From sequence record SRR20825019_2407: a stretch of DNA of 64,000 nt; one strand, 5' to 3'. Below, piece by piece: positions 9,866-20,054 of this stretch. The translations under genes were made by a program, and so were the position numbers. Positions within the stretch are counted from its first letter, which is position 1; each line of letters begins with the position of its first letter. Under the pieces are notes generated by a model. The model was not told the origin of the DNA. It searched no databases and saw only the letters and a program-made list of their open reading frames with translations.

Positions 9866-11575
9866 TTAGAAAAGCCCAACAACCCGGCCGTCATCCCCCA
9901 CCCGGATGGAATTGGCGGCGGGTACTTTTGGCAGGCCCGGCATGGTCATGATATCCCCGCAAACCACGACAAGGAACTCCGCCCCCGCAGATAGCCTGAC
10001 TTCCCGGATCGGCACAACATGTCCGGTAGGCGCGCCTTTGAGGTTCGGGTCGGTCGAGAAACTATACTGGGTTTTGGCGATGCAGATGGGGAAATGCCCA
10101 TAGTCTGCCTCAAGTGTCTTGATCTGCTCCCGCACCTTTTTATCGGCGATGATATCGCTCGCGCCATATAGCTCGGTCGCGACCGTATGGATCTTGTTCC
10201 AGAGGTGAACGTCGTCTCTGTAAAGCGGCTCAAATGCGCTGCCACCCTCGTCTACAAGCTTCACCACAGCACGCGCCAGATCCTCCGCGCCCGCGCCACC
10301 ATTGGCCCAATGGTCCGCCTCCACCGCGTCCACGTGCAGGCCTTTGCAGATGGTTTTCACAAGGTCCAGCTCGGCTTGTGTATCGGCGGAGAAACGGTTG
10401 ATGGCAACCACCACCTGCATGCCAAATCGTTTCAGGTTTTTGATATGCCGCTCAAGGTTCACCGCACCGCGCTTCAGTGCCTCAAGGTCCTCCTTGCCAA
10501 GCTGGTCTTTCTCAAGCCCGCCGTGCATTTTGAGCGCGCGGATCGTGGCCACAAGCACCGCCGCATCCGGCTTCAAACCGCCCTTGCGGCACTTGATATC
10601 AAAGAATTTTTCTGCGCCCAGATCAGCGCCAAAGCCCGCTTCTGTCACCACATAATCAGTCAACTTCAGCGCCGCTTTTGTGGCGATCAAGGTATTGCAA
10701 CCATGCGCGATATTGGCGAATGGCCCACCGTGGATGAACGCCGGATTACCCTCAAGCGTTTGCACCAAATTGGGTTTGATCGCGTCTTTCAGAAGCGCTG
10801 TCATCGCGCCGTGGGCGTTGATATCCCGCGCGAAAACCGGCTTTCGCTCCCGCGTATACCCGATGATGATATTGCCAAGCCTGCGCTCAAGGTCCTTGAA
10901 ATCTGTGGCCAGGCACAGGATGGCCATCACTTCGCTGGCCACCGTGATATCGAAACCCGCTTCGCGCGGCGCGCCGTTCGCCACCCCGCCAAGCGACGTG
11001 GTGATCTGCCTGAGCGATCGGTCGTTCATGTCCACCGCGCGACGCCAGGTTATGCGCCGGTTATCAAGCCCGGTTTCATCGTTCTGGCGCCAGTAGACAT
11101 GGTTATCGATCATGGCCGCCAATAGGTTGTTTGCGGCGCCGATAGCGTGGAAATCACCGGTAAAATGCAGGTTGATGTCTTCCATCGGCACCACTTGGGC
11201 GTAACCGCCACCGGCCGCCCCACCCTTCATGCCAAAACAAGGGCCAAGGCTTGGCTCACGCAAGCAGATCATCGCTTTTTTGCCGATACGGTTCAGCCCG
11301 TCCCCCAGCCCCACGGTGGTGGTGGTTTTGCCTTCACCCGCTGGCGTTGGGGTTACGGCTGTTACCAGAATAAGCTTGCCATCTGGCTTGCTTTCGCGGG
11401 CCTTGATACCTTCAAGCGAAAGTTTGGCTTTATAATGACCGTATGGTTCCAGCTCCTCCGTCTTGATGCCGAGCTTGTCTTCCGCAAGCACTATGATCGG
11501 TTTCATGGTGGCTGCCTGAGCGATCTCGATATCTGATTTCGGTTGCGCGTGCTGGTTCGCCGATGTGTTGGCCAT
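9866..11575 (-). CDS. fhs: Formate--tetrahydrofolate ligase
   Basis: [60 protein letters not shown]. Confidence 0.97.
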   Translation of the reverse strand: MANTSANQHAQPKSDIEIAQAATMKPIIVLAEDKLGIKTEELEPYGHYKAKLSLEGIKARESKPDGKLILVTAVTPTPAGEGKTTTTVGLGDGLNRIGKKAMICLREPSLGPCFGMKGGAAGGGYAQVVPMEDINLHFTGDFHAIGAANNLLAAMIDNHVYWRQNDETGLDNRRITWRRAVDMNDRSLRQITTSLGGVANGAPREAGFDITVASEVMAILCLATDFKDLERRLGNIIIGYTRERKPVFARDINAHGAMTALLKDAIKPNLVQTLEGNPAFIHGGPFANIAHGCNTLIATKAALKLTDYVVTEAGFGADLGAEKFFDIKCRKGGLKPDAAVLVATIRALKMHGGLEKDQLGKEDLEALKRGAVNLERHIKNLKRFGMQVVVAINRFSADTQAELDLVKTICKGLHVDAVEADHWANGGAGAEDLARAVVKLVDEGGSAFEPLYRDDVHLWNKIHTVATELYGASDIIADKKVREQIKTLEADYGHFPICIAKTQYSFSTDPNLKGAPTGHVVPIREVRLSAGAEFLVVVCGDIMTMPGLPKVPAANSIRVGDDGRVVGLF

Positions 11576-11753
11576 CGCGTTATGCTCCGTGGTTCGTGGC
11601 TGCTCGTTTCGGCGGCCTTGTTTATCCCTTGCCGCGCAGTTTGGGCGCGCCCGGCTGCCAAGTCAATTACTCAACCGCCCCTGCGTTTGTCTTGCCTGTG
11701 CCTGGCGGCCTGATAGACTGTGCAGCCATACTAACCTGTGAGCAAACCGCATC

Positions 11754-12308
11754 ATGACAAATGACAGTCCTGCACCTTCGCCCTTCAACCACCGTGTCGC
11801 AAAGGAGGACGATATCCCCTTACTGCGCAGTATTATGAATGCGTCCATATCCAAGCTTCAGGAGGGTTTCCTGAACGCCAAACAGGTAGAAGCATCGTTT
11901 GAGCTCATGGGCATGGATACCCAGTTGATTGAGGATGGCACCTATTATGCGATCCTTGATAGCGATGAAATTGTCGGTTGTGGCGGCTGGTCACGCCGGG
12001 CTACGCTATACGGCGGCAATCATACCAAAGGCCGCAACGCGCGCCTGCTGGACCCCAAGACTGAGGCCGCCCGAATCCGCGCCATGTATACCCACCCGGC
12101 CCACGCGCGGCGCGGTATTGGCCGCCTGATCATGGAGCTGTGTGAAAAAAAAGCTGCGGAGGAGGGTTTCACCCGTTATGAGCTGATGGCAACACTGTCG
12201 GGTGAACCGCTTTACCGCAGCTGTGGTTACAAGCCGATTGTGCATGAAAATGTGCCCACATCCTCGGGCATCACCGTTCCACTGATCAAGATGGGAAAAC
12301 GTATCTAG
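11754..12308 (+). CDS. GNAT family N-acetyltransferase
   Basis: IVGCGGWS, RIRAMYTHPAHARRGIG, ATLSGEPLYRSCGY. Confidence 0.9.
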   Translation: MTNDSPAPSPFNHRVAKEDDIPLLRSIMNASISKLQEGFLNAKQVEASFELMGMDTQLIEDGTYYAILDSDEIVGCGGWSRRATLYGGNHTKGRNARLLDPKTEAARIRAMYTHPAHARRGIGRLIMELCEKKAAEEGFTRYELMATLSGEPLYRSCGYKPIVHENVPTSSGITVPLIKMGKRI

Positions 12309-12312
12309 TCTC

Positions 12313-12975
12313 ATGAGTGCCCCCACCCTTAAAGATTACGACCCGCCAATGGTGCCGCTTGATATCATCTATGTTGATGATGATATCCTTGTGCTCAACA
12401 AGCCCGGTGGGCTTCTCTCCGTGCCCGGACGCACGCCGGAAAAACATGACTGTTTGGCAACCCGCGCGGAAGCCCAGTTTACCGGGGCGCGCATCGTGCA
12501 CCGGCTGGATATGGAGACATCCGGCGTTATCATCATGGCGCGGCATATGGATGCGCTCAGGCATCTTGGCCGCCAGTTTGAAGACCGCAAGACCGATAAG
12601 ATCTATGAAGCGCGGGTATACGGCCATGTAGTGCGCGATGAAGGGGAGATCGACCTGCCGCTTCTCATCGACTGGCCCAACAGACCCAAACACCGGGTGG
12701 ATTTTGAAAATGGCCGGTCTGCTTTCACGCGCTACAAGGTGCTGGAACGGGACGAGAAAACCACCCGCGTTGCCCTCTATCCTGTTACCGGCCGTTCCCA
12801 CCAGTTGAGGGTGCATATGCTCAGCCTTGGCCATGCCATTCTGGGTGACAACCTTTATGCGGAAGGGGAAGCCTTCACGCTTGCCGACCGGCTTCTGCTG
12901 CATGCCCGTGAGCTGACCGTGACGCACCCAGAGACGCTTGAATCGATGACTTTTACCGCACCAGTGCCATTTTAA
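12313..12975 (+). CDS. rluA: RluA family pseudouridine synthase
   Basis: NKPGGLLSVPG, VHRLDMETSG, TGRSHQLRVH, LLLHA. Confidence 0.93.
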   Translation: MSAPTLKDYDPPMVPLDIIYVDDDILVLNKPGGLLSVPGRTPEKHDCLATRAEAQFTGARIVHRLDMETSGVIIMARHMDALRHLGRQFEDRKTDKIYEARVYGHVVRDEGEIDLPLLIDWPNRPKHRVDFENGRSAFTRYKVLERDEKTTRVALYPVTGRSHQLRVHMLSLGHAILGDNLYAEGEAFTLADRLLLHARELTVTHPETLESMTFTAPVPF

Positions 12976-13061
12976 GGGACTGATCGGCCACGAGATTCAC
13001 GTTCAAAATTGGCCGAAAAACGCCACTTTGAAACCCGCATTCCCCTGCCCAAAAAAAAGTC

Positions 13062-13090
13062 TTGCAATGCGACTAAAAAAAGCGCAAATG
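13062..13090 (+). promoter_or_regulatory. Putative sigma70 promoter for the ornithine decarboxylase leader
   Basis: TTGCAA-17 bp-CAAATG, preceded by an A tract. Confidence 0.45.
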
Positions 13091-13096
13091 CCGCTC

Positions 13097-13507
13097 AGAC
13101 GTAAAAAGCGCACGTGCCACGACTCCCGGGCAACCCTGTCGTTCCCCACTGCAAGACATGGGAAAGACATCCGGTAGACACGTACGGGTAACGACGCAAA
13201 TCGTCCTTTGTTGATTGGGGTACGGCCAGGCCGCACCAAAGTTGATTGAAGGGGTTTGCCGGAATGATCCGCACGACAAAAATGGGCGCGCTTTCGCTAC
13301 TGTCTGCCTCCCACGAATTTGAAGCCAACCGGCAGTTCCTGCCGCGCGAGATGTTTGATTATTTCTCAAGCGTCATAGAGCTGACCTATATCACCGCGCA
13401 TCCTGCGTGATGCGCCAAACACCGGCCTATGCTGGTGGTCCTGTTCCGGCACCGACGAATGTTCTGGTGCCAGTTTCTGTCATCCTTTTTAGATAGGGAT
13501 CAGGTCG
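13097..13507 (+). ncRNA. Long structured 5' leader, candidate alphaproteobacterial speF leader
   Basis: About 410 nt without a long ORF upstream of a type III PLP ornithine decarboxylase. Several hairpins at 13396-13500. The context matches the known speF RNA motif, but no covariance search was run. Confidence 0.55.
13264..13410 (+). CDS. Putative leader peptide (uORF), 48 aa
   Basis: ATG13264..TGA13410 encodes MIRTTKMGALSLLSASHEFEANRQFLPREMFDYFSSVIELTYITAHPA, with GAAGGGG upstream. Below the ORF-track cutoff. Confidence 0.4.
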   Translation: MIRTTKMGALSLLSASHEFEANRQFLPREMFDYFSSVIELTYITAHPA

Positions 13508-14686
13508 ATGCAGGTTATTGAAGCTTTCCGCCCACTACCACAGAACCAAAACTGGGCGCTTGATGGACTAAAAACATACATGAGCGCAGAAGAAGCCATT
13601 GCCGGTGAGCAGTGCAACGATTCTGTGCATCTTTTTTACCCTGAAAAGCTGATGGAAACCGCGCGTCGGTTCCTCGCGGGTTTTCGGGGCACCAACCTTT
13701 ATGCGGTGAAAGCAAACCCGCATGAGGCAGTGCTCAAGCACCTGTGGCAAGCAGGCGTGCGTGATTTTGACGTGGCGTCGCTTCGTGAAGTTGAGCTGGT
13801 GGCCAAAACACTGCCGGGCGCGAACCTTTATTTCATGCACCCGGTTAAAAGCCGCCAGGCTATTCGCTATGCCTACGCTATGGGCGTGCGTGGTTTCTCT
13901 TTTGATAGCCTTGATGAGCTTGTGAAAATCGAGGAAGAAACCAGTGGTGCATCTGACCTCAAGCTGTTCCTGCGCCTTGGTGTGGTTGTCAAAGGTGCAG
14001 CTTATGAGCTGAGCGGCAAGTTTGGTGCGCCTCTTGATATCGCACCCCTCATCCTGCAGCGCGCGCGGATGTCGGCGCAGCGCCTGGGTGTTTGTTTCCA
14101 TGTCGGGTCTCAGTGCATGAATCCGCAGGCTTTTACGGATGCCATTTCGCAAGCGGCAACTGCCGTGAAAGCTGCCGGTGTGCATCTTGATGTGATCGAC
14201 GTTGGTGGTGGTTTCCCTGTGGCCTACCCCAGCATGGAGCCGCCTGCGCTTGAGGAATTTTTCACCGTGATCCACCAAGCACTCGACGCCAACGGCTTCG
14301 GTGGTACCGAGACCCTGTGCGAGCCCGGCCGTGCACTTGTGGCGGAAGCGGGTGCTGTCGCCGCGCGTGTTGAGCTGCGTAAAGGCGAAGACCTGTATCT
14401 GAACGACGGCACCTACGGTGCGCTGTTTGACGCAGGGGTGCCTGAGTGGCCCTTCCCGATCCGCCTTGTTGCGGCAGACGGTCGTGAAACCTCGCGCGAG
14501 ACCATTGGTTACCGCGCTTATGGTCCAACATGTGACAGCTGCGACAAGATGGCGGGCCCGTTTCCGCTGCCTGCTGATGTGCGTGAAAGCGACTGGGTGA
14601 TTTTTGAGCACCTCGGCGCATATGGCCATTCAATGCAAGCCCGCTTCAACGGCTTCTATTCCGAGACCATGGTCGCCATCGTTTAA
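13508..14686 (+). CDS. Ornithine/lysine decarboxylase (fold type III PLP enzyme)
   Basis: YAVKAN (PLP lysine), FDVAS, KFGA, FHVGSQC, DVGGGFP, EPGR, GPTCDSCD, GAY. Confidence 0.92.
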   Translation: MQVIEAFRPLPQNQNWALDGLKTYMSAEEAIAGEQCNDSVHLFYPEKLMETARRFLAGFRGTNLYAVKANPHEAVLKHLWQAGVRDFDVASLREVELVAKTLPGANLYFMHPVKSRQAIRYAYAMGVRGFSFDSLDELVKIEEETSGASDLKLFLRLGVVVKGAAYELSGKFGAPLDIAPLILQRARMSAQRLGVCFHVGSQCMNPQAFTDAISQAATAVKAAGVHLDVIDVGGGFPVAYPSMEPPALEEFFTVIHQALDANGFGGTETLCEPGRALVAEAGAVAARVELRKGEDLYLNDGTYGALFDAGVPEWPFPIRLVAADGRETSRETIGYRAYGPTCDSCDKMAGPFPLPADVRESDWVIFEHLGAYGHSMQARFNGFYSETMVAIV

Positions 14687-14750
14687 TAAGAGCAATTGGG
14701 TGCGAAAGAAAATACGCGGCTTTTGATGTGATACACTGCGCTGCAAGACA

Positions 14751-14780
14751 AAAAGGGGCGTCCATGACGACGTCCCTTTG
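14751..14780. terminator. Bidirectional intrinsic terminator at the left edge of the glycosylation island
   Basis: AAAGGGGCGTC-catgac-GACGTCCCTTT between convergent genes. Confidence 0.7.
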
Positions 14781-14794
14781 GGGCAACCGGTTGA

Positions 14795-15964
14795 TTAGTT
14801 TAGTTCCTTTACACCGGGATAACCAAGAGTTTCCATTACGACAAAAGAGATATGCTTGTTTGCTTGGCTCTGCTGCAAGGGTGACAGAACTTCCCGCCAT
14901 TCCTCTTTCAGCCCGCTGCGGAAGTGCGGATTTGCATCTTTCTCACTAACTGAAAGTTGCTCGGTCGAATACCCATAGAACGCAGCAATCTGCTTCATAT
15001 GACCCAGGGCATCTTCCCGCATGTCCTCAAAGCGCAAAACTAGAATTTCCGGCCCACACTGATCAGCGATCACCTGACACCAGCGCTCCATCCAACTCAT
15101 GGCCTTGGGTAACCAGCCATCAATGTAAAAATCAATCTTTTCGCCAAGGCTCCATTCAGCCCAGGCGGAAGGGATATGTGGATCGAGCCTCGCCCTATAA
15201 TGAAGGTTCTGAGCGACGAGGTTGCGATCTACATGATGGATAAACGACAACATGGCTTGTCGCGGGTCTCTCACTTGCAAGACCAGTTTATCGATGCCCG
15301 CGCGGCAAAGTGCCTGGATATTATCATCACTCGCATCAAGGTGGTTCCATGACGACCGTCCCCCCCGGGCAAAAAGCTTGGCCGCTTCAATAACGACTTG
15401 ATCGCTAGGAAAATGGTCAAGTGAGATACGAATATCTGGTAGGCTGAATTCATGTTGTATATTCTGCGCGAGGTAGAAACTTCCGGCTTTTGGAAGTGTG
15501 CATAAAAATATCGAAGTTTTCTCTGACGAGGGGCTATTTCTGACTTTGTGCGCCGCGGAAACATTCAGGTGATACAGTAAGCTGTCTTTATCCCCCATAT
15601 ATGTCAAAGCGTTACCAACAAACGGATTGTGGATATAGCTCTGTATGAGCGTCGACGAATCTAAAGTAGCAAGAATAACCCTTGAGCCAAGATCCAGAAG
15701 ACCAAGCTCGGCACAAGACTGTGCAATATAAACCAGCGCTTCGGTGGAGGGGCTAATATTGGTTTGGTGGCTCTGGCTCAGATTGGATAAGGCCGCCTGA
15801 TCACCATTATTAGCTTTTGAGATACTATCCAGATATCCCACAGCCATTTCGCGTGTGACACCGGGAAACAGGTTGGCGATGTCCTGCGCCAGGGCTATTC
15901 GACCCTCATCCTTTAACGCGCCAAACAGGCGCTCAGCAGAAATTGGAGAATACCTCTCTCTCAT
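14795..15964 (-). CDS. Sulfotransferase domain protein
   Basis: TLPKAGS (5'-PSB), VRDPRQAMLS (3'-PB), LRFEDM, HFRSG..EEW. Confidence 0.8.
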   Translation of the reverse strand: MRERYSPISAERLFGALKDEGRIALAQDIANLFPGVTREMAVGYLDSISKANNGDQAALSNLSQSHQTNISPSTEALVYIAQSCAELGLLDLGSRVILATLDSSTLIQSYIHNPFVGNALTYMGDKDSLLYHLNVSAAHKVRNSPSSEKTSIFLCTLPKAGSFYLAQNIQHEFSLPDIRISLDHFPSDQVVIEAAKLFARGGRSSWNHLDASDDNIQALCRAGIDKLVLQVRDPRQAMLSFIHHVDRNLVAQNLHYRARLDPHIPSAWAEWSLGEKIDFYIDGWLPKAMSWMERWCQVIADQCGPEILVLRFEDMREDALGHMKQIAAFYGYSTEQLSVSEKDANPHFRSGLKEEWREVLSPLQQSQANKHISFVVMETLGYPGVKELN

Positions 15965-16986
15965 GGATGGTGACCAACCGGTGTAGCCGAGCCATGATGA
16001 ATATTTGCTCGTACATCTTCAGAACAATTTCTGCAAAATATGGGTGACTGGGTAGTATAGGCAGCCAGGAATTTCTGAAACGCGGGCGAGTGCCAAATTT
16101 CCGGCAGGCCCTGTTTACCCAAATTCTGGTACCCCAGTACACTAGGGTCCCACTCTACACAGCAGGGCGTCAAATATCCCTCAACGGTGACACCCGGGTC
16201 GAACCAAGGCGCCATACACATGGGAAGGGCCGTTTTCTTTTCTACATATTTGCTAGAGAAATAGATCTTCAACTCGGGTAAGCGAGGTCTCAATTCGGCG
16301 AGCCATTGTTCCAGCAAAACAGTGTCTTCCAAACTCAGGCCCGCATCGCCATCATCATGATCAATATAACATTGAATAAACACATTGCATTTAACCACCT
16401 CAGATAACAACTGCAACGTGGATGGAATATCCAGTAGGTTTTTTTTGCTCGCCACCATCGTGATGCCAAACCTCAAACCCTCATTCTGAAAGGCTGCAAG
16501 ACGAGTGGTGAGCTTCTCCGTGTCTGTACCGGCACGTGTGCGTTCGGCAAATACAGGATTGAGACTATCGACCGAGACATTGAAATTCGTGAGCCCTGCG
16601 AACTGCAGTTCCCCATAGAGAGAGGTCGGCTTTGCCAACGCGTTGGTATTGCAATGCAAGCTCCCAAACTTTCTACTCTCTGCTGCTATGGTGACAAGTT
16701 CCTTGTACTGGGGGTGCAACAGTGGCTCTCCTATTCCATGCATCACCAAAAGCTTGGCGGGCGGCAGGTTGGCAACCACATTTCGGAAAACCTCGACGCT
16801 GATATGACGGTTGGTCCACTGATTTTTCTGGATATCTATCGTGCGAATACATCCTACGCAGGAGAGATTACACCATGTCGAAACCTCAACTGTCACACGA
16901 CCTAACTCAGTCGGGCACTCACTTAGATTGTTGATATATTTTGCTGTCACACTTTTCTCACCTGCAATTACACGTAGTAGTATCAT
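15961..16986 (-). CDS. Radical SAM protein with SPASM/twitch domain
   Basis: CNLSCVGC, GIGEPLLHP, C-terminal CMAPW...GYLTPCC...CRNC. Confidence 0.9.
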   Translation of the reverse strand: MILLRVIAGEKSVTAKYINNLSECPTELGRVTVEVSTWCNLSCVGCIRTIDIQKNQWTNRHISVEVFRNVVANLPPAKLLVMHGIGEPLLHPQYKELVTIAAESRKFGSLHCNTNALAKPTSLYGELQFAGLTNFNVSVDSLNPVFAERTRAGTDTEKLTTRLAAFQNEGLRFGITMVASKKNLLDIPSTLQLLSEVVKCNVFIQCYIDHDDGDAGLSLEDTVLLEQWLAELRPRLPELKIYFSSKYVEKKTALPMCMAPWFDPGVTVEGYLTPCCVEWDPSVLGYQNLGKQGLPEIWHSPAFQKFLAAYTTQSPIFCRNCSEDVRANIHHGSATPVGHHP

Positions 16987-17112
16987 AGTATTCTTGTGGT
17001 TTCAGGTTAACCAACCAACACTTCACGTATCGAGGAAACGTTCTGTTGACTAGCCACCCACACAGCGTGGCACCTTCTGAATACTTCCTTGCCTGTGCTC
17101 GATGACTTAAGA

Positions 17113-17916
17113 TCATGCCACCGCAGATTTGTCGACACTCTCTCTTTTTGCCACTTCCAGACTTTGCTGAAGCGCCACGTTATATCCGTACATGACTTCA
17201 TCAAACGACTGTACTTCAAATATCAACACTACGCGTTCCTGCCCCTCATGTACTGGGCCGTGAAAATGTGGTTGACTGCTATCGAACACCACTATGTCCC
17301 CGAGCGCGGCTTCAACCTTCGTGAAGCCTCCCGTATATTCCCGCAGTGCATCGTCTGGGATCTCTAGGTATGAATGCGATGATTTTTTATATAGAGACCT
17401 GATGGCTTCGCTTTGCTTTACCCAACAAGCATCACCAACGTACAGATGGCCACCCGTTGCCGCCACATCGCTCAAATAGAAATAAAACTTGAGTGTTCTC
17501 ACACGATCAAAATGAGGAACGTAAGGAATAACACTCGGCACCCTGGCTACGTGCCTGGATTTAACAAGTTGTATCCTCGCGCCAAAAATCGCCGACGGTC
17601 CCAAATATAACGTCGCCAAGTCCGTCGCAAACGCCTTCTCAAAAATTGTCTGCAAAAAATGCGACGCACCGGATGAATGCTCCCCAATCCACAGAGAATT
17701 CGAAAACTGGACACTGCACGCGTCTGATATAATAAAGTGGGCAACCTCATTGGAGTGGTGCCGGCACCCTTGGGCTTCGCCTTCGAAGGCCGCGCTTCCC
17801 ATCTGGACGAAACGCTTTTGGTCCTCTGGCGGCAAGAAATTCCGCAACACCATATAACCGTTTTCATCCAGCTGCCGTTTGTACCGACGTATTCCAGCGC
17901 TCAAAAACTGCTTCAT
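17113..17916 (-). CDS. PhyH-family Fe(II)/2-oxoglutarate dioxygenase
   Basis: ENGYMVLRNFL, HFD (HxD), YLSDV..GG, GDIVVFDS..HFHG..R. Confidence 0.8.
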   Translation of the reverse strand: MKQFLSAGIRRYKRQLDENGYMVLRNFLPPEDQKRFVQMGSAAFEGEAQGCRHHSNEVAHFIISDACSVQFSNSLWIGEHSSGASHFLQTIFEKAFATDLATLYLGPSAIFGARIQLVKSRHVARVPSVIPYVPHFDRVRTLKFYFYLSDVAATGGHLYVGDACWVKQSEAIRSLYKKSSHSYLEIPDDALREYTGGFTKVEAALGDIVVFDSSQPHFHGPVHEGQERVVLIFEVQSFDEVMYGYNVALQQSLEVAKRESVDKSAVA

Positions 17917-17940
17917 CTATTGTCCACCTCACTGTTGACC

Positions 17941-18762
17941 TCAGTCAATCAGGAGACGGGAAGCAAAATCTGTACCATGAATTCTCGCCGCCATAGCATA
18001 CAGCTTTTCCATTTCGAGCTTTCCCATAACAAGACCGCTCGGAACAGAGCACTCCTTCCGGGGGTTCGCTCTGGAATATTCACAAATCGCTTTACTGCTA
18101 ATACCGAGAGAAAAGCGCTCATTGACATTATGCAGAAGCGCCACATTATCCCGTTTCAAGGCTGCATAATCTATCACCAATAAACGATTAAATTTGCGGA
18201 AGGAATTTTCCCAGTTGGCGACATACTGAATATACCAAGGCGCTACATTCTCTATTAGAAAGGCCAGTTGCTGGTCTGCTGAAACCTCCAAATATCGCTG
18301 CAAGGCGCAGGAAGAAATCTGAAGTGGTGCCCACAACGCCTGCCCTATGGCGTCTATTTCTTCCTTGCGTGCATGAGCTTGCTTCACCATCACGTGGTGC
18401 CAACTCAAAAGACAGTCAACAAGATTTCGCCGGTTAAAGACAACGGCCACGTTTTCCCTATTAGCATGATAGGCAAGTGCCGGTGTAGCAGAAGGGTGAA
18501 AGTGTGCCACAAATGGTGTCGTCCGCGTTACCTGCTGCTTCAGTTTTTCCACTGAAAGCTGAGGGCTATGCCAAGAACTGTGACCATCTGTTATACTCGG
18601 CTCCGTCAGCGCGTGGGTTATCCTTACCAGCTCACAATCCAAGAGCCGCGTCAGTGCTCGAGCAACAAAGGACGTACCACTCCGGGGCATACCCAACACA
18701 AAAAAACCAGCGGGCCTTTCCGCAGCCATAATCACATTTATTCTCCCGTTATTGCCATTCAC
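17941..18762 (-). CDS. Sulfotransferase-like P-loop protein
   Basis: VLGMPRSGTS, RRNLVDCLLSW, IDYAAL. Confidence 0.7.
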   Translation of the reverse strand: MNGNNGRINVIMAAERPAGFFVLGMPRSGTSFVARALTRLLDCELVRITHALTEPSITDGHSSWHSPQLSVEKLKQQVTRTTPFVAHFHPSATPALAYHANRENVAVVFNRRNLVDCLLSWHHVMVKQAHARKEEIDAIGQALWAPLQISSCALQRYLEVSADQQLAFLIENVAPWYIQYVANWENSFRKFNRLLVIDYAALKRDNVALLHNVNERFSLGISSKAICEYSRANPRKECSVPSGLVMGKLEMEKLYAMAARIHGTDFASRLLID

Positions 18763-18888
18763 CTCAAAACATGAAGATGATGCAAACCATGACGACTAGG
18801 GCCGACAGACATCAAGAAACTTACATTAGCCACAATGTGTATACTCACCATGTTTTAGTTTTAACAAACTCTGGTATGAGCATCTAAA

Positions 18889-19977
18889 ATGAGCCACACA
18901 GAAAAAACAATTCTGGTATTTCCGTTCGGGCCACCAGCATCAATAGAATTTGCCAAGGCTTGCCAAAGCCAGGGGCACACGGTGATTGGTGCCTCCTCCC
19001 TCACGCTTGAACCCACGAAAGAGCTTGCTAGCGGGTGGCTGCGGTTACCTTTTTTCAACGCACATGACTTTACAGAGCGACTGCTTGCAGGTCTGAAAGA
19101 ACTGGACATAGACGAAATTTACTGTTGCCATCCATTGGTTTATGAAAAGATAAACGATATCTGTGCAACAGAAACGACACGTGCGTCACTTATCTCAAAC
19201 AATGGATGGCAAGACGATCTTACGTCCTTTCGCTCTGCCGAAGCTCTCGTCAACCTCTATCACAGCAAAAGTAGCTCCTGTAAGCTCGCCCGCGCGCAAA
19301 TAACGCCGATCTACTATCAGACCCTTAAAATCCCCGGCTGGTGCAGCACAGAGAAGATTGCGGCATTCATCGATGTTTTCGACAGCGTCCCCAAGGGAGA
19401 CATCATTGAAATTGGCGTCTGGTGCGGAAAGTCCGCAACGGCGCTTGCAATGCTATCCCGCCATTTCGGGCAAGGCAACCTGCTTTGTATCGACCCCTGG
19501 GCCAATACAAATACCTTTCAGGAGGAGGACGAGGGGGTCAACAAGGCAATGCTGACTTTCGACATGGATGAGGTTTGGCGTCACTTCATTTGCAACATGC
19601 TTGCGCTCGTACCGAACCATATCAACTATATCCGTGCCGCGTCAGCAGCAGCTCACGCCAAATATGCTGAGAACTTACGGATTAAAACTGTCGAGTTTGG
19701 CGAGACCCAATATGCGGGCCGGATCGCACTCCTGCATATCGATGGAAACCACGATCAGAAAATCGTATCACAAGACCTTCGGAACTGGTGTCCACACCTG
19801 ACCCAAAATGGCTGGCTTGTCATTGATGATTATGTCCACGCATGGGGGCAGGGACCAAGAATTGTCGCGGACGCATTTTTGTCAGAACACCGCGACGACA
19901 TCCTGCAATCTTTCGTTTCAGGGTCCGCTCTTTTTATACAAATGAAGAACCCCGTATCACCAAGATTGTGGACCTAG
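18889..19977 (+). CDS. Class I SAM-dependent methyltransferase (Methyltransf_24-like) with an extra N-terminal domain
   Basis: IIEIGVWCGKS, CIDPW, LHIDGNH, GWLVIDDY. Confidence 0.85.
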   Translation: MSHTEKTILVFPFGPPASIEFAKACQSQGHTVIGASSLTLEPTKELASGWLRLPFFNAHDFTERLLAGLKELDIDEIYCCHPLVYEKINDICATETTRASLISNNGWQDDLTSFRSAEALVNLYHSKSSSCKLARAQITPIYYQTLKIPGWCSTEKIAAFIDVFDSVPKGDIIEIGVWCGKSATALAMLSRHFGQGNLLCIDPWANTNTFQEEDEGVNKAMLTFDMDEVWRHFICNMLALVPNHINYIRAASAAAHAKYAENLRIKTVEFGETQYAGRIALLHIDGNHDQKIVSQDLRNWCPHLTQNGWLVIDDYVHAWGQGPRIVADAFLSEHRDDILQSFVSGSALFIQMKNPVSPRLWT

Positions 19978-20054
19978 GCATCGACAATTGTCTTGGAGCC
20001 TTGTATTCAATATGGTCTTATATTGTTCAAGCACTTAGCAGACTGGGGGCGCTG

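Noticed and set aside
10187-11125. Long antisense ORFs (also 950-1861, 13568-14629, 49250-50176, 51711-52529)
   Set aside because: Shadow frames of well-supported genes in GC-rich DNA, with no recognisable motifs.
11576-11753. Possible ZTP or THF riboswitch upstream of fhs
   Set aside because: No recognisable consensus. A promoter-like TTGACT-17-CAAACT on the minus strand leaves only a short leader.
13088-13177. 29-codon Arg/Lys-rich ORF (MPLRRKKR...) in the decarboxylase upstream region
   Set aside because: Its ATG lies within the predicted -10 element and it has no RBS.
19842-20054. N-terminal extension of the 2-epimerase ORF
   Set aside because: It overlaps the upstream gene, and the family N-terminus begins at MKILTILGTRPE (20055).
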